The notes under the pieces are model-generated. The model did no database searches and was not told the origin of the DNA. It was given only the letters and a program-made list of their open reading frames with translations. Shown in pieces: positions 9,319 to 19,262 of a stretch of 64,000 nt of DNA. Made by a program: the position numbers and the translations under genes. How positions within the stretch are numbered: the first letter of the stretch is position 1; every line of letters begins with the position of its first letter. The DNA is from a candidate division WOR-3 bacterium (GTDB lineage Bacteria > Hydrothermota > Hydrothermia > LBFQ01), in NCBI GenBank assembly GCA_039802605.1, contig JBDRWW010000002.1:1-64000 (forward strand), given 5' to 3'.

Positions 9319-10601
9319 TAACCGTTTTGTTATCATTACCCAAACTCGTGGTTTTGGTTGTTGTTGATCAGTTTAGATACGATTATCTTTCGGATTTTAA
9401 GGGCAATATCCTTCTTAAAGATGGGTTTATATATACCGATTGCCATCACATGCATATACCTACATATACGGCCGTTGGACACGCTACAATATCAACCGGG
9501 GTTGAACCGAGGATACACGGGATAATTTCAAACTATTGGTATAACCGCAAAACGGGTAAGTATTCCTCACCAGTGGATGACCCGGATTTTGAGAAATCCC
9601 CGAGAAACCTTTCCTTCCCAACCATTGGGGATCATTTAAAGGTAAAATATCCAAAATCAAAGGTTGTTAGCATTTCCTTAAAGGATAGGGCGGCAATATT
9701 ATTGGGTGGATATTTGGCGGATGTCGTCCTTTGGATGGATAAGAACTTTAAATTCACAACTACTGGCTATTACAAAAAACCCCCTTGGTTGGAAGAATAC
9801 AACAAAGGTTTATCAATTAAAAGCGATGAAGACGGGATATTTAAAGGGAATTACGCCCTCTTTGAACTGTTTAAGGAGGCGGTTTTAAGGGAGGAACTGG
9901 GTAAAGACGAATTCCCGGACATAATATTCATAAGTTTTTCATCCTTAGACCTTGCGGGGCATAAATTTGGTCCAAACAGTAATGAGGTAAAGAGGTTGGT
10001 CTTGCAGATGGATACCATAATATCCTCAACGATTGATTTCCTCAACGAAAACATCGGTAAAGGGGAATATGTCTTGATATTTACATCGGATCACGGGGTT
10101 GCGCCCATACCCCAAAGGTTGGGGGGAAGGATAAACAACAAAGAATTGAAAGAGGAATTAAACAAAAAGCTGAAAGAGGAGTTTAAGGTATATCCGGCGA
10201 TTTTGGACATATCCTCCCCTTGGGTTTTCATAGATTATTCAAAGGTTAAAGGGGATAAACTGAAAAGGGTTAAATTGAGGGTAAAGGAGTTGCTTATGGC
10301 TAAGGATTTCGTTTTAAGGGCTTATACATCGGATGAAATAAGGGATATGCAACCAAGGGATTTTATAGACAGTTTGGTAATAAACGGTTTTTATGAAGGT
10401 GTGGGGATAGATGTTGTATATGTTCCAAAACCATACTGGATATTTTCATCCTATGATGATGGAACGAATCACGGTTCCCCATACTTTTACGATACGCATG
10501 TACCCCTGATATTCTACGGTTTGGAAAGGGGAAAGGACCAAAACAGGTGTAGCATAACAATCATTTCAAAGAGGTTAAGGGAAATATTGGAATTACCTTA
10601 G
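9315..10601 (+). CDS. Alkaline phosphatase superfamily (PafA/NPP-like, Thr nucleophile)
   Basis: PKLVVLVVVDQFRYDY, PTYTAVGHATISTG, KDRAAIL, DLAGH, TSDHG, HGSPYFYDTHVP. Confidence 0.92.
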   Translation: MITVLLSLPKLVVLVVVDQFRYDYLSDFKGNILLKDGFIYTDCHHMHIPTYTAVGHATISTGVEPRIHGIISNYWYNRKTGKYSSPVDDPDFEKSPRNLSFPTIGDHLKVKYPKSKVVSISLKDRAAILLGGYLADVVLWMDKNFKFTTTGYYKKPPWLEEYNKGLSIKSDEDGIFKGNYALFELFKEAVLREELGKDEFPDIIFISFSSLDLAGHKFGPNSNEVKRLVLQMDTIISSTIDFLNENIGKGEYVLIFTSDHGVAPIPQRLGGRINNKELKEELNKKLKEEFKVYPAILDISSPWVFIDYSKVKGDKLKRVKLRVKELLMAKDFVLRAYTSDEIRDMQPRDFIDSLVINGFYEGVGIDVVYVPKPYWIFSSYDDGTNHGSPYFYDTHVPLIFYGLERGKDQNRCSITIISKRLREILELP

Positions 10602-10823
10602 AATTAGGGACAGAACTGTGGTAAAGAATATAATTAATGCGAAAATAACCCAAAACCCGAGTTTCCCGCGCAATGTAAAAACGACAAGGATATATACGGT
10701 TAAAGGGGCAAATGCCCATATATGCAATCCCAAACGATAACCAAAGAGTGAAAGCATTATCCCAACCAAAACCATTAGCAATGGCAACCTACTCATCAAA
10801 AAAGAGTAAAATATAGTTTGCAA
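10593..10823 (-). CDS. Small hypothetical membrane protein (start possibly ATG at 10795)
   Basis: Almost entirely hydrophobic; fills the gap and is coupled to the cytochrome c stop. Confidence 0.55.
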   Translation of the reverse strand: MQTIFYSFLMSRLPLLMVLVGIMLSLFGYRLGLHIWAFAPLTVYILVVFTLRGKLGFWVIFALIIFFTTVLSLILR

Positions 10824-11325
10824 CGGCCTCTTTATCCTCGTCGGTTAGTATATCCTTGAAAGAATACATGTTTGTTCCCGGTATCCCTTTGTTTAAGATT
10901 TTAATCGTGGTGCCGGGTAATGGGTTAAACTTCGTAAAGTCCGGAGGTGGTGGAACGGTATTCCCCAAACCCTTTCCATCCCCATTTATTCCATGACAAG
11001 GGGAGCACACATTTTCATAAACATACCTGCCCCTCATTATTAAAGAAGTATCAACTTTCACACCTTTTGCCGAAATATTTTCTATATACTTGGCCAATTC
11101 ATAGATCTCCTTTTCGCTTAAATCGTTAAAAGGGGTCATCGCAGTCCCCTCAACCCCTTCTTTTAAGATTTTAACCACATATTCGGCCTTTATCCTGTAA
11201 TCTTTGAACAATGGGGCTGGTGGAATTAAGTTGTTGTTATCCCTATGGCAGGTTATACACCTCTGATTATACAAAACCTCCCCCAAACTAACCCTTTGAC
11301 CCAAACCGAAAAGGACTATAAACAT
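10789..11325 (-). CDS. Di-heme class I c-type cytochrome
   Basis: Two CxxCH motifs (CITCH, CSPCH), each followed by a G-T-x-M distal ligand segment (GTAMTPF, GTNMYSF). Confidence 0.92.
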   Translation of the reverse strand: MFIVLFGLGQRVSLGEVLYNQRCITCHRDNNNLIPPAPLFKDYRIKAEYVVKILKEGVEGTAMTPFNDLSEKEIYELAKYIENISAKGVKVDTSLIMRGRYVYENVCSPCHGINGDGKGLGNTVPPPPDFTKFNPLPGTTIKILNKGIPGTNMYSFKDILTDEDKEAVANYILLFFDE

Positions 11326-13352
11326 TAACTTTCGGATGGTAAAAACTCAATATTCTTTATCGTATATGTCGCCCTACCCTGTGAGGCCGATCTGAGTTCT
11401 CCGGCCAAATCAAACGTTTGCTTTAACGGTATTAAAACCTCTACGATCTGAACTCCATATTCTTCGTATATGTTTTTGATTTCACCACCCAATGCCCTCA
11501 GCTTTTCTATTACATTTCCCAGATATTCGGATGGTGTCATAACGGATATATAAGCGTAGGGTTCAAGGAGTTGGGGCTTTGCCTTTTCTATGGCTTCTGT
11601 TAAAGCTTTAACCGCCGCCGCCCTTATACCCAGTGGGGTAAATGTTGGGTCTTGTGGAACTTTAAACCTTGCCTTAACCTTTATCATGGGATAGCCCATT
11701 AATGGCCCGAATTCTACAACCTCTTCAAAGGATGATTTGATAGCCTCATATATTTCGGGGGACACCTCTCCAATAACTTCAAAGATGTTTTCACTCCAAG
11801 GTTCAACATCAACTTCAACCTCACCCCTATGAACCACCTCTGCCGTTTCCTTTCTAAATTCACCCTTGGCACTTCCCCTTGTCGTTATGGTTTCTCTATA
11901 AGATACATACGGCTTACCCGTCCTAACCTCTATGCCGAAATCCCTTGTCAGCCTGTCTATAACTATATCCAAGTGCAACTTACCCATACCGGTTAGTATA
12001 AACTGTCCGGTTGATTCGTCCTTCTTAACCCTTAAAGATGGATCCTCAACGGCAAAGATCTTTAATATTTCCTCCAATTGGGATTCGTCCGTGCTAACCT
12101 TTGGTTCCACGGCTATGGATACCAAGGGTTCGGGGAAGGGAATCCTGTCAAGCTCAACGGGTTCATCCGCAACCGTGAGGGTATCTCCGGTTATGGTTTT
12201 ATCGGATAATCCAACCAGGGCAACTATATCACCGGCCTCCGCCTTTTGTAGTTGTTCTTTTCTGTTTGCGTGCATCCTGTAAATCCTCGTAGCCCTCATC
12301 TCCTCACCGGTTCTCGGATTGTACAGTTTCGTCATGAATGTTATTTCGCCCCTATAAACCCTGACATAAAAGTATTTGTTTTTCCCTTTGGGATCAACCT
12401 GTATTTTAAACACCTGGGCGACGGTTTTGCCCTTGCCCGTCTCAATATAAACATCCCCACCCTTTAATTTCCCGTGCACGGGTGGGACATCAAGGGGTGA
12501 GGGCAAGAGCTCTACTATTGCATCCATTAGGGGTTGTATCCCCTTATTTTTTAATGCGGAACCTACAAAAACCGGAAAGATATTGTTTTCTAAAACCCCT
12601 TTCCTCAAAGCCGATTTAACCTTTTCAGGAGGTACAAACCCTTTTTCCTCATATATCTCCAATATTTCCGGGTCGTATTCGGATGCCCTCAAAACGATTT
12701 CTTCATAATAGGACAAACCCTCTTTATCAAATTCGTAGTCCTCCACCCTGTACTTCTCACCCGTTTCATCAATATCCCAGATGTACCTTTTACCTTCAAC
12801 AAGGTGTATAACGCCGATAAAGTCTTTTTCTACACCTATGGGAAGGGTTATTAGGAGGGGTTCTACATTTAACTTTTTCCTCATACCCTCTAAAACCCTT
12901 CTGAAATCCGCACCCATCCTATCCATTTTGTTTATAAAAACTATTCTCGGAACCTTATACCTCTCCGCCTGCCTCCAAACCGTTTCACTTTGCGGCTCAA
13001 CACCCTCAACCGCGCTGAATATGACAACGAGACCGTCAAGGACTTTTAAAGATCTCTCAACCTCAATAGTAAAATCTATGTGTCCGGGTGTGTCTATTAT
13101 GTTTATTTGGTATCCCTTCCAATAACAGGTTGTAGCGGCGGAGGTGATGGTTATACCCCTTTCCTTCTCCTGGATCATCCAGTCGGTTGTGGCCGTTCCC
13201 TCATCAACACTTCCCAGTCTATGGGTTTTACCCGTATAATACAAAACCCTTTCCGTAGTGGTGGTCTTTCCCGCGTCAATGTGCGCAATAAAACCTATGT
13301 TTCTAACCTTTGAAAGGTCAATGCCGGTTTCCTCTTTTAGCGCCTTCTTCAT
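11325..13352 (-). CDS. fusA: Elongation factor G family protein (divergent domain IV, possible EF-G2 paralog)
   Basis: [43 protein letters not shown]. Confidence 0.93.
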   Translation of the reverse strand: MKKALKEETGIDLSKVRNIGFIAHIDAGKTTTTERVLYYTGKTHRLGSVDEGTATTDWMIQEKERGITITSAATTCYWKGYQINIIDTPGHIDFTIEVERSLKVLDGLVVIFSAVEGVEPQSETVWRQAERYKVPRIVFINKMDRMGADFRRVLEGMRKKLNVEPLLITLPIGVEKDFIGVIHLVEGKRYIWDIDETGEKYRVEDYEFDKEGLSYYEEIVLRASEYDPEILEIYEEKGFVPPEKVKSALRKGVLENNIFPVFVGSALKNKGIQPLMDAIVELLPSPLDVPPVHGKLKGGDVYIETGKGKTVAQVFKIQVDPKGKNKYFYVRVYRGEITFMTKLYNPRTGEEMRATRIYRMHANRKEQLQKAEAGDIVALVGLSDKTITGDTLTVADEPVELDRIPFPEPLVSIAVEPKVSTDESQLEEILKIFAVEDPSLRVKKDESTGQFILTGMGKLHLDIVIDRLTRDFGIEVRTGKPYVSYRETITTRGSAKGEFRKETAEVVHRGEVEVDVEPWSENIFEVIGEVSPEIYEAIKSSFEEVVEFGPLMGYPMIKVKARFKVPQDPTFTPLGIRAAAVKALTEAIEKAKPQLLEPYAYISVMTPSEYLGNVIEKLRALGGEIKNIYEEYGVQIVEVLIPLKQTFDLAGELRSASQGRATYTIKNIEFLPSES

Positions 13353-13357
13353 GCCCC

Positions 13358-13495
13358 TTATACCGTAAGCCTCTTCCTCCCCTTCTTGCGCCTCCTCTTT
13401 AAAACTTTTCTACCCCCCGGTGTCCTCATCCTCGCCAAAAACCCGTGCTTCCTCTTCCTTTTACGCCAAGAGGGCTTGTTGTAAGTTATTGACAT
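13358..13495 (-). CDS. rpmH: 50S ribosomal protein L34
   Basis: Manual translation (below the ORF-track cutoff): [45 protein letters not shown], the classic L34 signature. Confidence 0.97.
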   Translation of the reverse strand: MSITYNKPSWRKRKRKHGFLARMRTPGGRKVLKRRRKKGRKRLTV

Positions 13496-13598
13496 AAGTG
13501 GGAATTATAAAGTTGAAGGGTTTTTGCCTAGATTTATCCGCATGGGGATGAACTTTTTACCCGTTGAAATTAATTGCCAACAACCTTAAAATACCCAT

Positions 13599-15011
13599 AT
13601 GGCAAGGATACTTTTGATTTTTTGCCTTGTGCCTACGGTTGCCCTTGGCCAATCTTTGCCGCCTTTTAGGGCCGCAAACTCCACATGGATGATGCATCAA
13701 GGGGCGACATATCTAACAGGTCTCCAACTCTTAAAAGGCGCCGTAGTGGGTCCCAATGTGAAATGTACGGATGACTCCTTGAATAGGGTAGCGATTGGGG
13801 ATCCATTGGTTGCCGATATAAACGGCGATGGACTGAACGAAATAGTTATATTAACTCCGGGACAAATTTATGCTTTTAGGGGAACGGACTGCTCAATTAT
13901 ATGGTCTCGTTCTATTCTGGGAAGTCATACCCCAGCAATAGGGGATTTAAACCCGTCAATACCCGGACTTGAAATAGTTGTAGTTTATATTACGTTCATG
14001 TCCTAAGCGGAACGGATGGTAGTGAAATATGGTATCAGAGTTACTTAAACGTTTACTCTCCCCCAAGCGTAGCGGATGTGGATGGGGATGGATTTGCGGA
14101 GATTTTTATAAGTACCGATTATACCTTAGACGCCATATACGCGCTAAGGGGCACGGATGGAAGCGTTATATGGTCTCGTCCGATAGGCGGAACTCGCGGG
14201 AACATAGCCATAGGTGATATAAACAACGATGGTGATTATGAGCTGGTGACATTCGCAAATGCCGGTGTTCTGGTTCTTAGAGCCACGGACGGTTCAACCC
14301 TTTGGCACTATTACACTGGGTCGTTTGGAGAAGTATCCCTCGGCGATTTGGATAACGATGGATATTTGGAAATTGTGGCAAATGTAAACCGATATGTACC
14401 CGATTCGGTTTTCCCGCCAACCGACTCCATGAAGGTTTATGTTTTAAGGAATAATGGAGTATTATAAACTCGCCAACCATAGGCGATATAAACGGTGATG
14501 GTATATTGGATGTGGTTGTTGGAGCTTATGACCATCATGAAATGGCTGGCTATGTGTATGGCCTACGGGGTGATAACGGTTATCCCATATTAAACGAGAT
14601 CATCGGTATATCACCTAATGATAGTATGCCTTCAATAAAACTGGGGGATATTGAATTTATTCTTCGGATTATTTTAAGGGTTTATCAATAGCGGATGTAG
14701 ATAACGATGGGTGTTCGGAAATAATAGCAACAACAAGATTTATGAGCCCCCTTACTTTTTATGTTTTTGATTCCCCAACACCCGTTTCAAGCTGTGGCAC
14801 TTTGGGATATGGCGAAGCCTTTGGGAATAAATCACCGCATATAAAATTTTCCGTTATGGCGGTTAAGGGAGGGGTTATAGTGGAAACGGATAAAGCCTAT
14901 GAGATTGGGGTATATAACGCATCGGGCAAACTCATAAAGGTTATTAAGGTAAGCGGAAAGGGATTTATAAAATGGCGGTTGTCAAACCTTAAAACATCAT
15001 ATCCTTTATAA
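13599..15011 (+). pseudogene. FG-GAP-repeat secreted protein with T9SS-like CTD, split by at least 3 frame breaks
   Basis: Signal peptide, then repeated DxNGDG/DxDNDG motifs spread over ORFs 13599-14006, 14078-14467, 14506-14691 and 14742-15011. Repeats continue in shifted frames across the junctions (e.g. HVLSGTDGSEIW...SVADVDGDG; SPTIGDINGDG; SIADVDNDG). VYNASGKLIK CTD remnant. Confidence 0.8.
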
Positions 15012-15012
15012 T

Positions 15013-16059
15013 ATGCATCCTATGCTAATGTTATCCCTTTACCTAATTTCCGCCGATGGTGATACATTGGAGAGGTCAAGGGAAGAAATAGCAAAGTTTG
15101 CCGCATCGCAGTGTATATTGGGGTGCGCCGCATACCCAGTAGCAACAGCGATATTTGTTGGAGCGTATACCGAAAATTGGGATTACGCAGGATGTACGGG
15201 TTTGATGACACCCCTGGCATGCCTAACCGCAAGTGGAGTTTATGCCCTCTCATCCCCAATTAAAAAACCTATGGCCGCCGCATCCTTTACGGGTGCAATA
15301 GACGGCGCTTTATGGTCTTTACTAATTTATGGGAATATTGTCTTTTGGGGAAATTATTATGACGACGGTAAAAAACTCTTTTCAACGCTTATACTTTTTG
15401 GTTTATCGGGTGGAAACCTAGCGGGACTATATTCGGGATACCTTGGGGGTTCGGAAGGTGCATACATTTTGAAAACATATTCGGCCTTTTATGTACCCTA
15501 TACATATTTCCAAGCAAAGAGGTTAATCTTGGGAAACTTTGCGGGGAATTATTCGGAAGACGAATTTAAGGTGGATCTCTCAATTGCAATGGCCTTATCC
15601 ATAGGTGGGGGATTGGGAACATACTATTTAACAAAGGACAATTATGAAATTACCGGTGGAGACGCCATTTTTATAGGGGCAAATGTTATAAAGGGTGCGG
15701 TAATTCTTGAAACGCCCATAAAACTCGTTTATATAAACACAAATCCTATTTCGCAGGATTTTAACCCGATGTTATTCAGCGGCGCTTTTGTTTACTACGA
15801 TGACCCAATATACGACAGGCTTTCAGCGGCAGCGTATTTAAGCGGTATGGCCTTGGGGGCATACATATCCTATAAAATCGCAAAGAAGAAGGACCTAAAC
15901 ATATTGGAAGGCCTTGTTTATTCCACCGTTCCAATTTTCGCATATTACGCCGGTATGGCCCCTTGGATAGTTTTGAGAGAAGACTATTATAGGATTATGC
16001 CCTTAGTTCAGGTTTCCTTTGATGTTGGGGCATCTTACCTGCTATATAAACTGTTTTGA
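15013..16059 (+). CDS. Hypothetical multi-pass/Gly-rich membrane protein (start probably ATG 15022)
   Basis: 348-aa ORF with many hydrophobic Gly/Ala-rich helices; no family recognised. Confidence 0.7.
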   Translation: MHPMLMLSLYLISADGDTLERSREEIAKFAASQCILGCAAYPVATAIFVGAYTENWDYAGCTGLMTPLACLTASGVYALSSPIKKPMAAASFTGAIDGALWSLLIYGNIVFWGNYYDDGKKLFSTLILFGLSGGNLAGLYSGYLGGSEGAYILKTYSAFYVPYTYFQAKRLILGNFAGNYSEDEFKVDLSIAMALSIGGGLGTYYLTKDNYEITGGDAIFIGANVIKGAVILETPIKLVYINTNPISQDFNPMLFSGAFVYYDDPIYDRLSAAAYLSGMALGAYISYKIAKKKDLNILEGLVYSTVPIFAYYAGMAPWIVLREDYYRIMPLVQVSFDVGASYLLYKLF

Positions 16060-17499
16060 GAATATTAAAAAGGCAACCCTACCCCTTGAAGGATAGCCCT
16101 CAATAAAGTAGTTCCTACGGTTTAAAAGGTTATCAATTCCAAAGGCTAAACTATACCCTTTAATGCCAAAGTTCAAGGATATGTCTAGGTTTAGTATGTA
16201 ATCAACAAAACGGGTGTTTGCCGGGTTTGTGAATCTCGGGTCAATGTACAAGAGGGAGAGGGAAAAAATTTTATAATTGAGGAGAACGGAATATGTATTC
16301 CTCGGCCTGTAAACCATCCTATTGCCGTTATCGTAATACGCGTAAAGTCTATCGTATTTAAACCTTAAAAATCCAAATCTACCGTAGAGGGAAATCCCCC
16401 ATATGTTCCCCGCCGAGGAGTTTTCCGGCCTCCAAATTCCCCCCACATTCCTCCACTCTATTATATCCCAAACCCTTCTGAAAAACCCGGATATTTGCAA
16501 ACCCTTAAATTCAAACTCCGAACCTATTGTAAATGTTTTTTCGTTTTTTAAGTTGGGATTACCCTCGGCACCCGAACCCCTCCAATACAACTCGTCAAAG
16601 GATGGAATGCGGTTTGAAAGGGAAAGGTTAAATGCCGAATGTTTAAATGGGATATTCAAGAAACTTCCAAAACCCACCCTTCTCCCATCATACCAAACAT
16701 TTCCCGAAATATAGCCGTTAAAGACATAAAGGTTTTTTCCGAGGTATATTAGTGGGCGGATTTTTTCCCCAATGTTTGAGCTCCTTATACCTTCCGCATA
16801 TGTTAAGATTTTATATCCCAAAACATCCCATTTATAACCCGCCCGCAAATTCGTATGGTAAGAGTATATGAATTTATCCCTCCATTCCCTTCCGAGGATT
16901 AAAATGTTGAAATCCCCATAACCCATAGCAACCCTTATATCCGTTTGTACTCCGGAAAGTTGGGGGAAGCCCTCCATCCCCGAAGTCCTCTTCCTTGAAA
17001 CCCTTAAATCCCCAAAACCCCTATCGTATAAAAACACCCCTTCGGCATAAAAAAGGCTATCCCTACCACCCGTTAAATTCCCCAAATCAAAACCCCCATA
17101 TTCGCCCTTATACCCAAAGGAAAATCCCCCAAAACCGTTTAAAAAGCCGTAATATTCCCTTCCCTGGGTATAAGAAAAGTTCAGGTTCCCGTAAATTGAA
17201 TAAGGGGAAAATCCACCCTCATAAACGGATAGATTGCCGAACAAGAAGGGGGAAATATCGGTTAAGTCCGCATATGAGTTTTGGGGTTGATTTATCAAAA
17301 TACCGTTTAAAAAAACCGCATTCCCCTTTGGATGCCCACCTTTTAAAGAGATTCCGGAAAGGTCGGCATAAGACCCATAAGTAAATCCATAGGAAAAGGG
17401 TAAGGTGGAGGCCATAACCCATAGGGGCTTATTGTATTCGAGCGTTATTGTATCCCCTAAGGGGGCCTCCACCAAAATTTCCGGAAGGAAGAAACTCAC
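16042..17499 (-). CDS. Compact TonB-dependent receptor, probably BtuB-like
   Basis: TonB-box-like LPEILVEA, plug motif SLKGG...VFLNGILIN, GNPNLKNE, IDNLLN..Y.IEGYPSRGR C-terminus; lies in a cobalamin-riboswitch operon. Confidence 0.85.
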   Translation of the reverse strand: MSFFLPEILVEAPLGDTITLEYNKPLWVMASTLPFSYGFTYGSYADLSGISLKGGHPKGNAVFLNGILINQPQNSYADLTDISPFLFGNLSVYEGGFSPYSIYGNLNFSYTQGREYYGFLNGFGGFSFGYKGEYGGFDLGNLTGGRDSLFYAEGVFLYDRGFGDLRVSRKRTSGMEGFPQLSGVQTDIRVAMGYGDFNILILGREWRDKFIYSYHTNLRAGYKWDVLGYKILTYAEGIRSSNIGEKIRPLIYLGKNLYVFNGYISGNVWYDGRRVGFGSFLNIPFKHSAFNLSLSNRIPSFDELYWRGSGAEGNPNLKNEKTFTIGSEFEFKGLQISGFFRRVWDIIEWRNVGGIWRPENSSAGNIWGISLYGRFGFLRFKYDRLYAYYDNGNRMVYRPRNTYSVLLNYKIFSLSLLYIDPRFTNPANTRFVDYILNLDISLNFGIKGYSLAFGIDNLLNRRNYFIEGYPSRGRVAFLIFSKQFI

Positions 17500-18617
17500 C
17501 TCTTTATAACCTTCTTAACTTTCCCGTTATCCCCGACAAAGAAATAAACCCCGGTTCCTATGGGTTTAACAACCCTCCTACCCGTTATATCATAAACCGC
17601 TTTTATGTTTTCGTAGGATTTATGGGCGTATTCCTTCGCCGAGAGCGTATTCGGCGATAGGGTCATTGATATGGGTCCAACATCAACAGTAGCGGTATGT
17701 TCTACGGAATTCGTGTTTCTGTTGAAAACTATTATATTCCCGTTTGATATGTAATCACCCGCGGCGATTATAAAAATCCTCTCGTTATAAATCTCCCCTT
17801 CGGAGAAACCGTAATAAGAACCCAAGGGTAGGGGTATAAAGGCCCTGCTTGAAGGTGTGAAATAACCCGCCCAGGAGTATCCCAAAGCCAAAAGTGTATC
17901 GGTATTAACATACTTTAAAAAGCCTATGTTTTGAGGTGTTGGTGTGCTATCAAGGATTGCCAGAGGATTTGTTGAGATTAAATAAACCTTTCGCGTTGTG
18001 GCATCAAACCAATCCCCACCTGAAACAAAGGCGGTATCCGTTCCGTAGAATTCCATATAAAGGAGGTTTATCCCAAACTTCAAGGAATCAACTATATTTC
18101 CTAGGGTATCAATCTTGTATAGGGTTGATGTATCCGTTTTAAAGCTATCCCTGTTATAACCCGTTGATATCGCGTAAAAGTATCCACCGTTAAACCCCAC
18201 ATATTGCGGACTCCTCCAAACCCTTAGGCCCCAAACCATACCCTTTGTGGTTAAATCGTATAGGACAAGGCTATCGGAAGCCCATAGTGAGATGAGGATT
18301 TTGTTGTTGTTGATAACAGCCGAATAGGGGTTTGAGGAGGGGTTTAAGGTTATACTATCAACCAAGAATGGGTAGTTGTCGTCTTGGAGGATGTATATCT
18401 TGCCGTTTCCGGAACTTACCGTGTAAAGGTATCCCGAAGAGTACAAAACCTTGTTTAGGGTGGAGCCATGCGGCTCTATACCGTTTCGCAGGGTGAAGGG
18501 TGGGGATGCGTTCATTATTGAGATTGAACCCGGCGAAGACCAAATGCTATGAACCACAACAACCCTTTGCGCAAAAAGTGGCAAAGACAAAAGCATTAAA
18601 GAAAATAACCTTTTCAT
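17496..18617 (-). CDS. YncE/BtuG-like beta-propeller with T9SS-like C-terminal domain
   Basis: True start MKRLFSLMLLSLPLFAQ at 18617 (the ORF-track extension runs through the riboswitch); propeller repeats (SNPYS, RSPQY, VGPISM); CTD VYDITGRRV...GVYFFV...KKVIK. Confidence 0.8.
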   Translation of the reverse strand: MKRLFSLMLLSLPLFAQRVVVVHSIWSSPGSISIMNASPPFTLRNGIEPHGSTLNKVLYSSGYLYTVSSGNGKIYILQDDNYPFLVDSITLNPSSNPYSAVINNNKILISLWASDSLVLYDLTTKGMVWGLRVWRSPQYVGFNGGYFYAISTGYNRDSFKTDTSTLYKIDTLGNIVDSLKFGINLLYMEFYGTDTAFVSGGDWFDATTRKVYLISTNPLAILDSTPTPQNIGFLKYVNTDTLLALGYSWAGYFTPSSRAFIPLPLGSYYGFSEGEIYNERIFIIAAGDYISNGNIIVFNRNTNSVEHTATVDVGPISMTLSPNTLSAKEYAHKSYENIKAVYDITGRRVVKPIGTGVYFFVGDNGKVKKVIKR

Positions 18618-18681
18618 AGTTTTCCTTTTAACGCTTAAAACCTTACCCCGGGCGGCGAGCCCCGGCACCGCCCTAAGAGGC

Positions 18682-18825
18682 CCTCCCGGGCAGGTCTTCC
18701 GGCTCGCGGGCAATCTACTCCCCGGCCTTCCCACCCCTAAGGGCAGTGGCCTTTATGGGTTTCGCTCCCGCTCACGGCCGCCGGGACGGCTCCCGATTTT
18801 CACGGGATTCCCTCAGCCCGGGAGG
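18682..18825 (-). ncRNA. Cobalamin riboswitch
   Basis: Minus strand: AGGGAAtcccGTGaaAATcggg...GCCACTG...GGGAAGGC...gAGCCgGAAGACCTGCC (B12 box); closing stem cctcccggg/cccgggagg; upstream of btuG/btuB-like genes. Confidence 0.93.
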
Positions 18826-18869
18826 TGGATATTATAAGGGGGTGCTTTACCCGTCTTTATAATTTCCGC

Positions 18870-19262
18870 TTGAAAGTCCTCTTTTTATGTGTTGGGAACT
18901 CTTGTAGGTCGCAGATGGCGGAGGGGTTTGCAAAAAAGTATTTTAAAAATTGGGAGATTTATTCCGCAGGCTCAAAACCCGCCGGTTATGTCCATCCTCT
19001 GGCGGTTGAGGTTATGAAGGAAAAGGGCATAGACATATCAAACCAGAGGTCAAAGGGGATATGGGAATTGCCGAATTATGAATGGGATTTGGTTGTTTTG
19101 GTATGTTCCGATGAGGAGTGCCCCTACATACCCGGTAAGAATATTGAGGTTTGGGGGATAGAGGACCCCATAGGAAGGGATATAGGGTTTTACCGTAAGG
19201 TTAGGGATGAAATAGAGAAAAGGGTTTTAGAGTTGGCAAAATATGGTAATAAGGAGGGTTAG
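18870..19262 (+). CDS. arsC: Arsenate reductase ArsC (LMW-PTP family)
   Basis: FLCVGNSCRSQMAEG, SAGS, CPYIP, WGIEDP. Start set at TTG 18870, just after a TATAAT. Confidence 0.92.
   Translation: MKVLFLCVGNSCRSQMAEGFAKKYFKNWEIYSAGSKPAGYVHPLAVEVMKEKGIDISNQRSKGIWELPNYEWDLVVLVCSDEECPYIPGKNIEVWGIEDPIGRDIGFYRKVRDEIEKRVLELAKYGNKEG

Noticed and set aside
18618..18734. 39-aa N-terminal extension of ORF 17496..18734
   Set aside because: It is a read-through of the GC-rich cobalamin riboswitch; the signal peptide starts at 18617.
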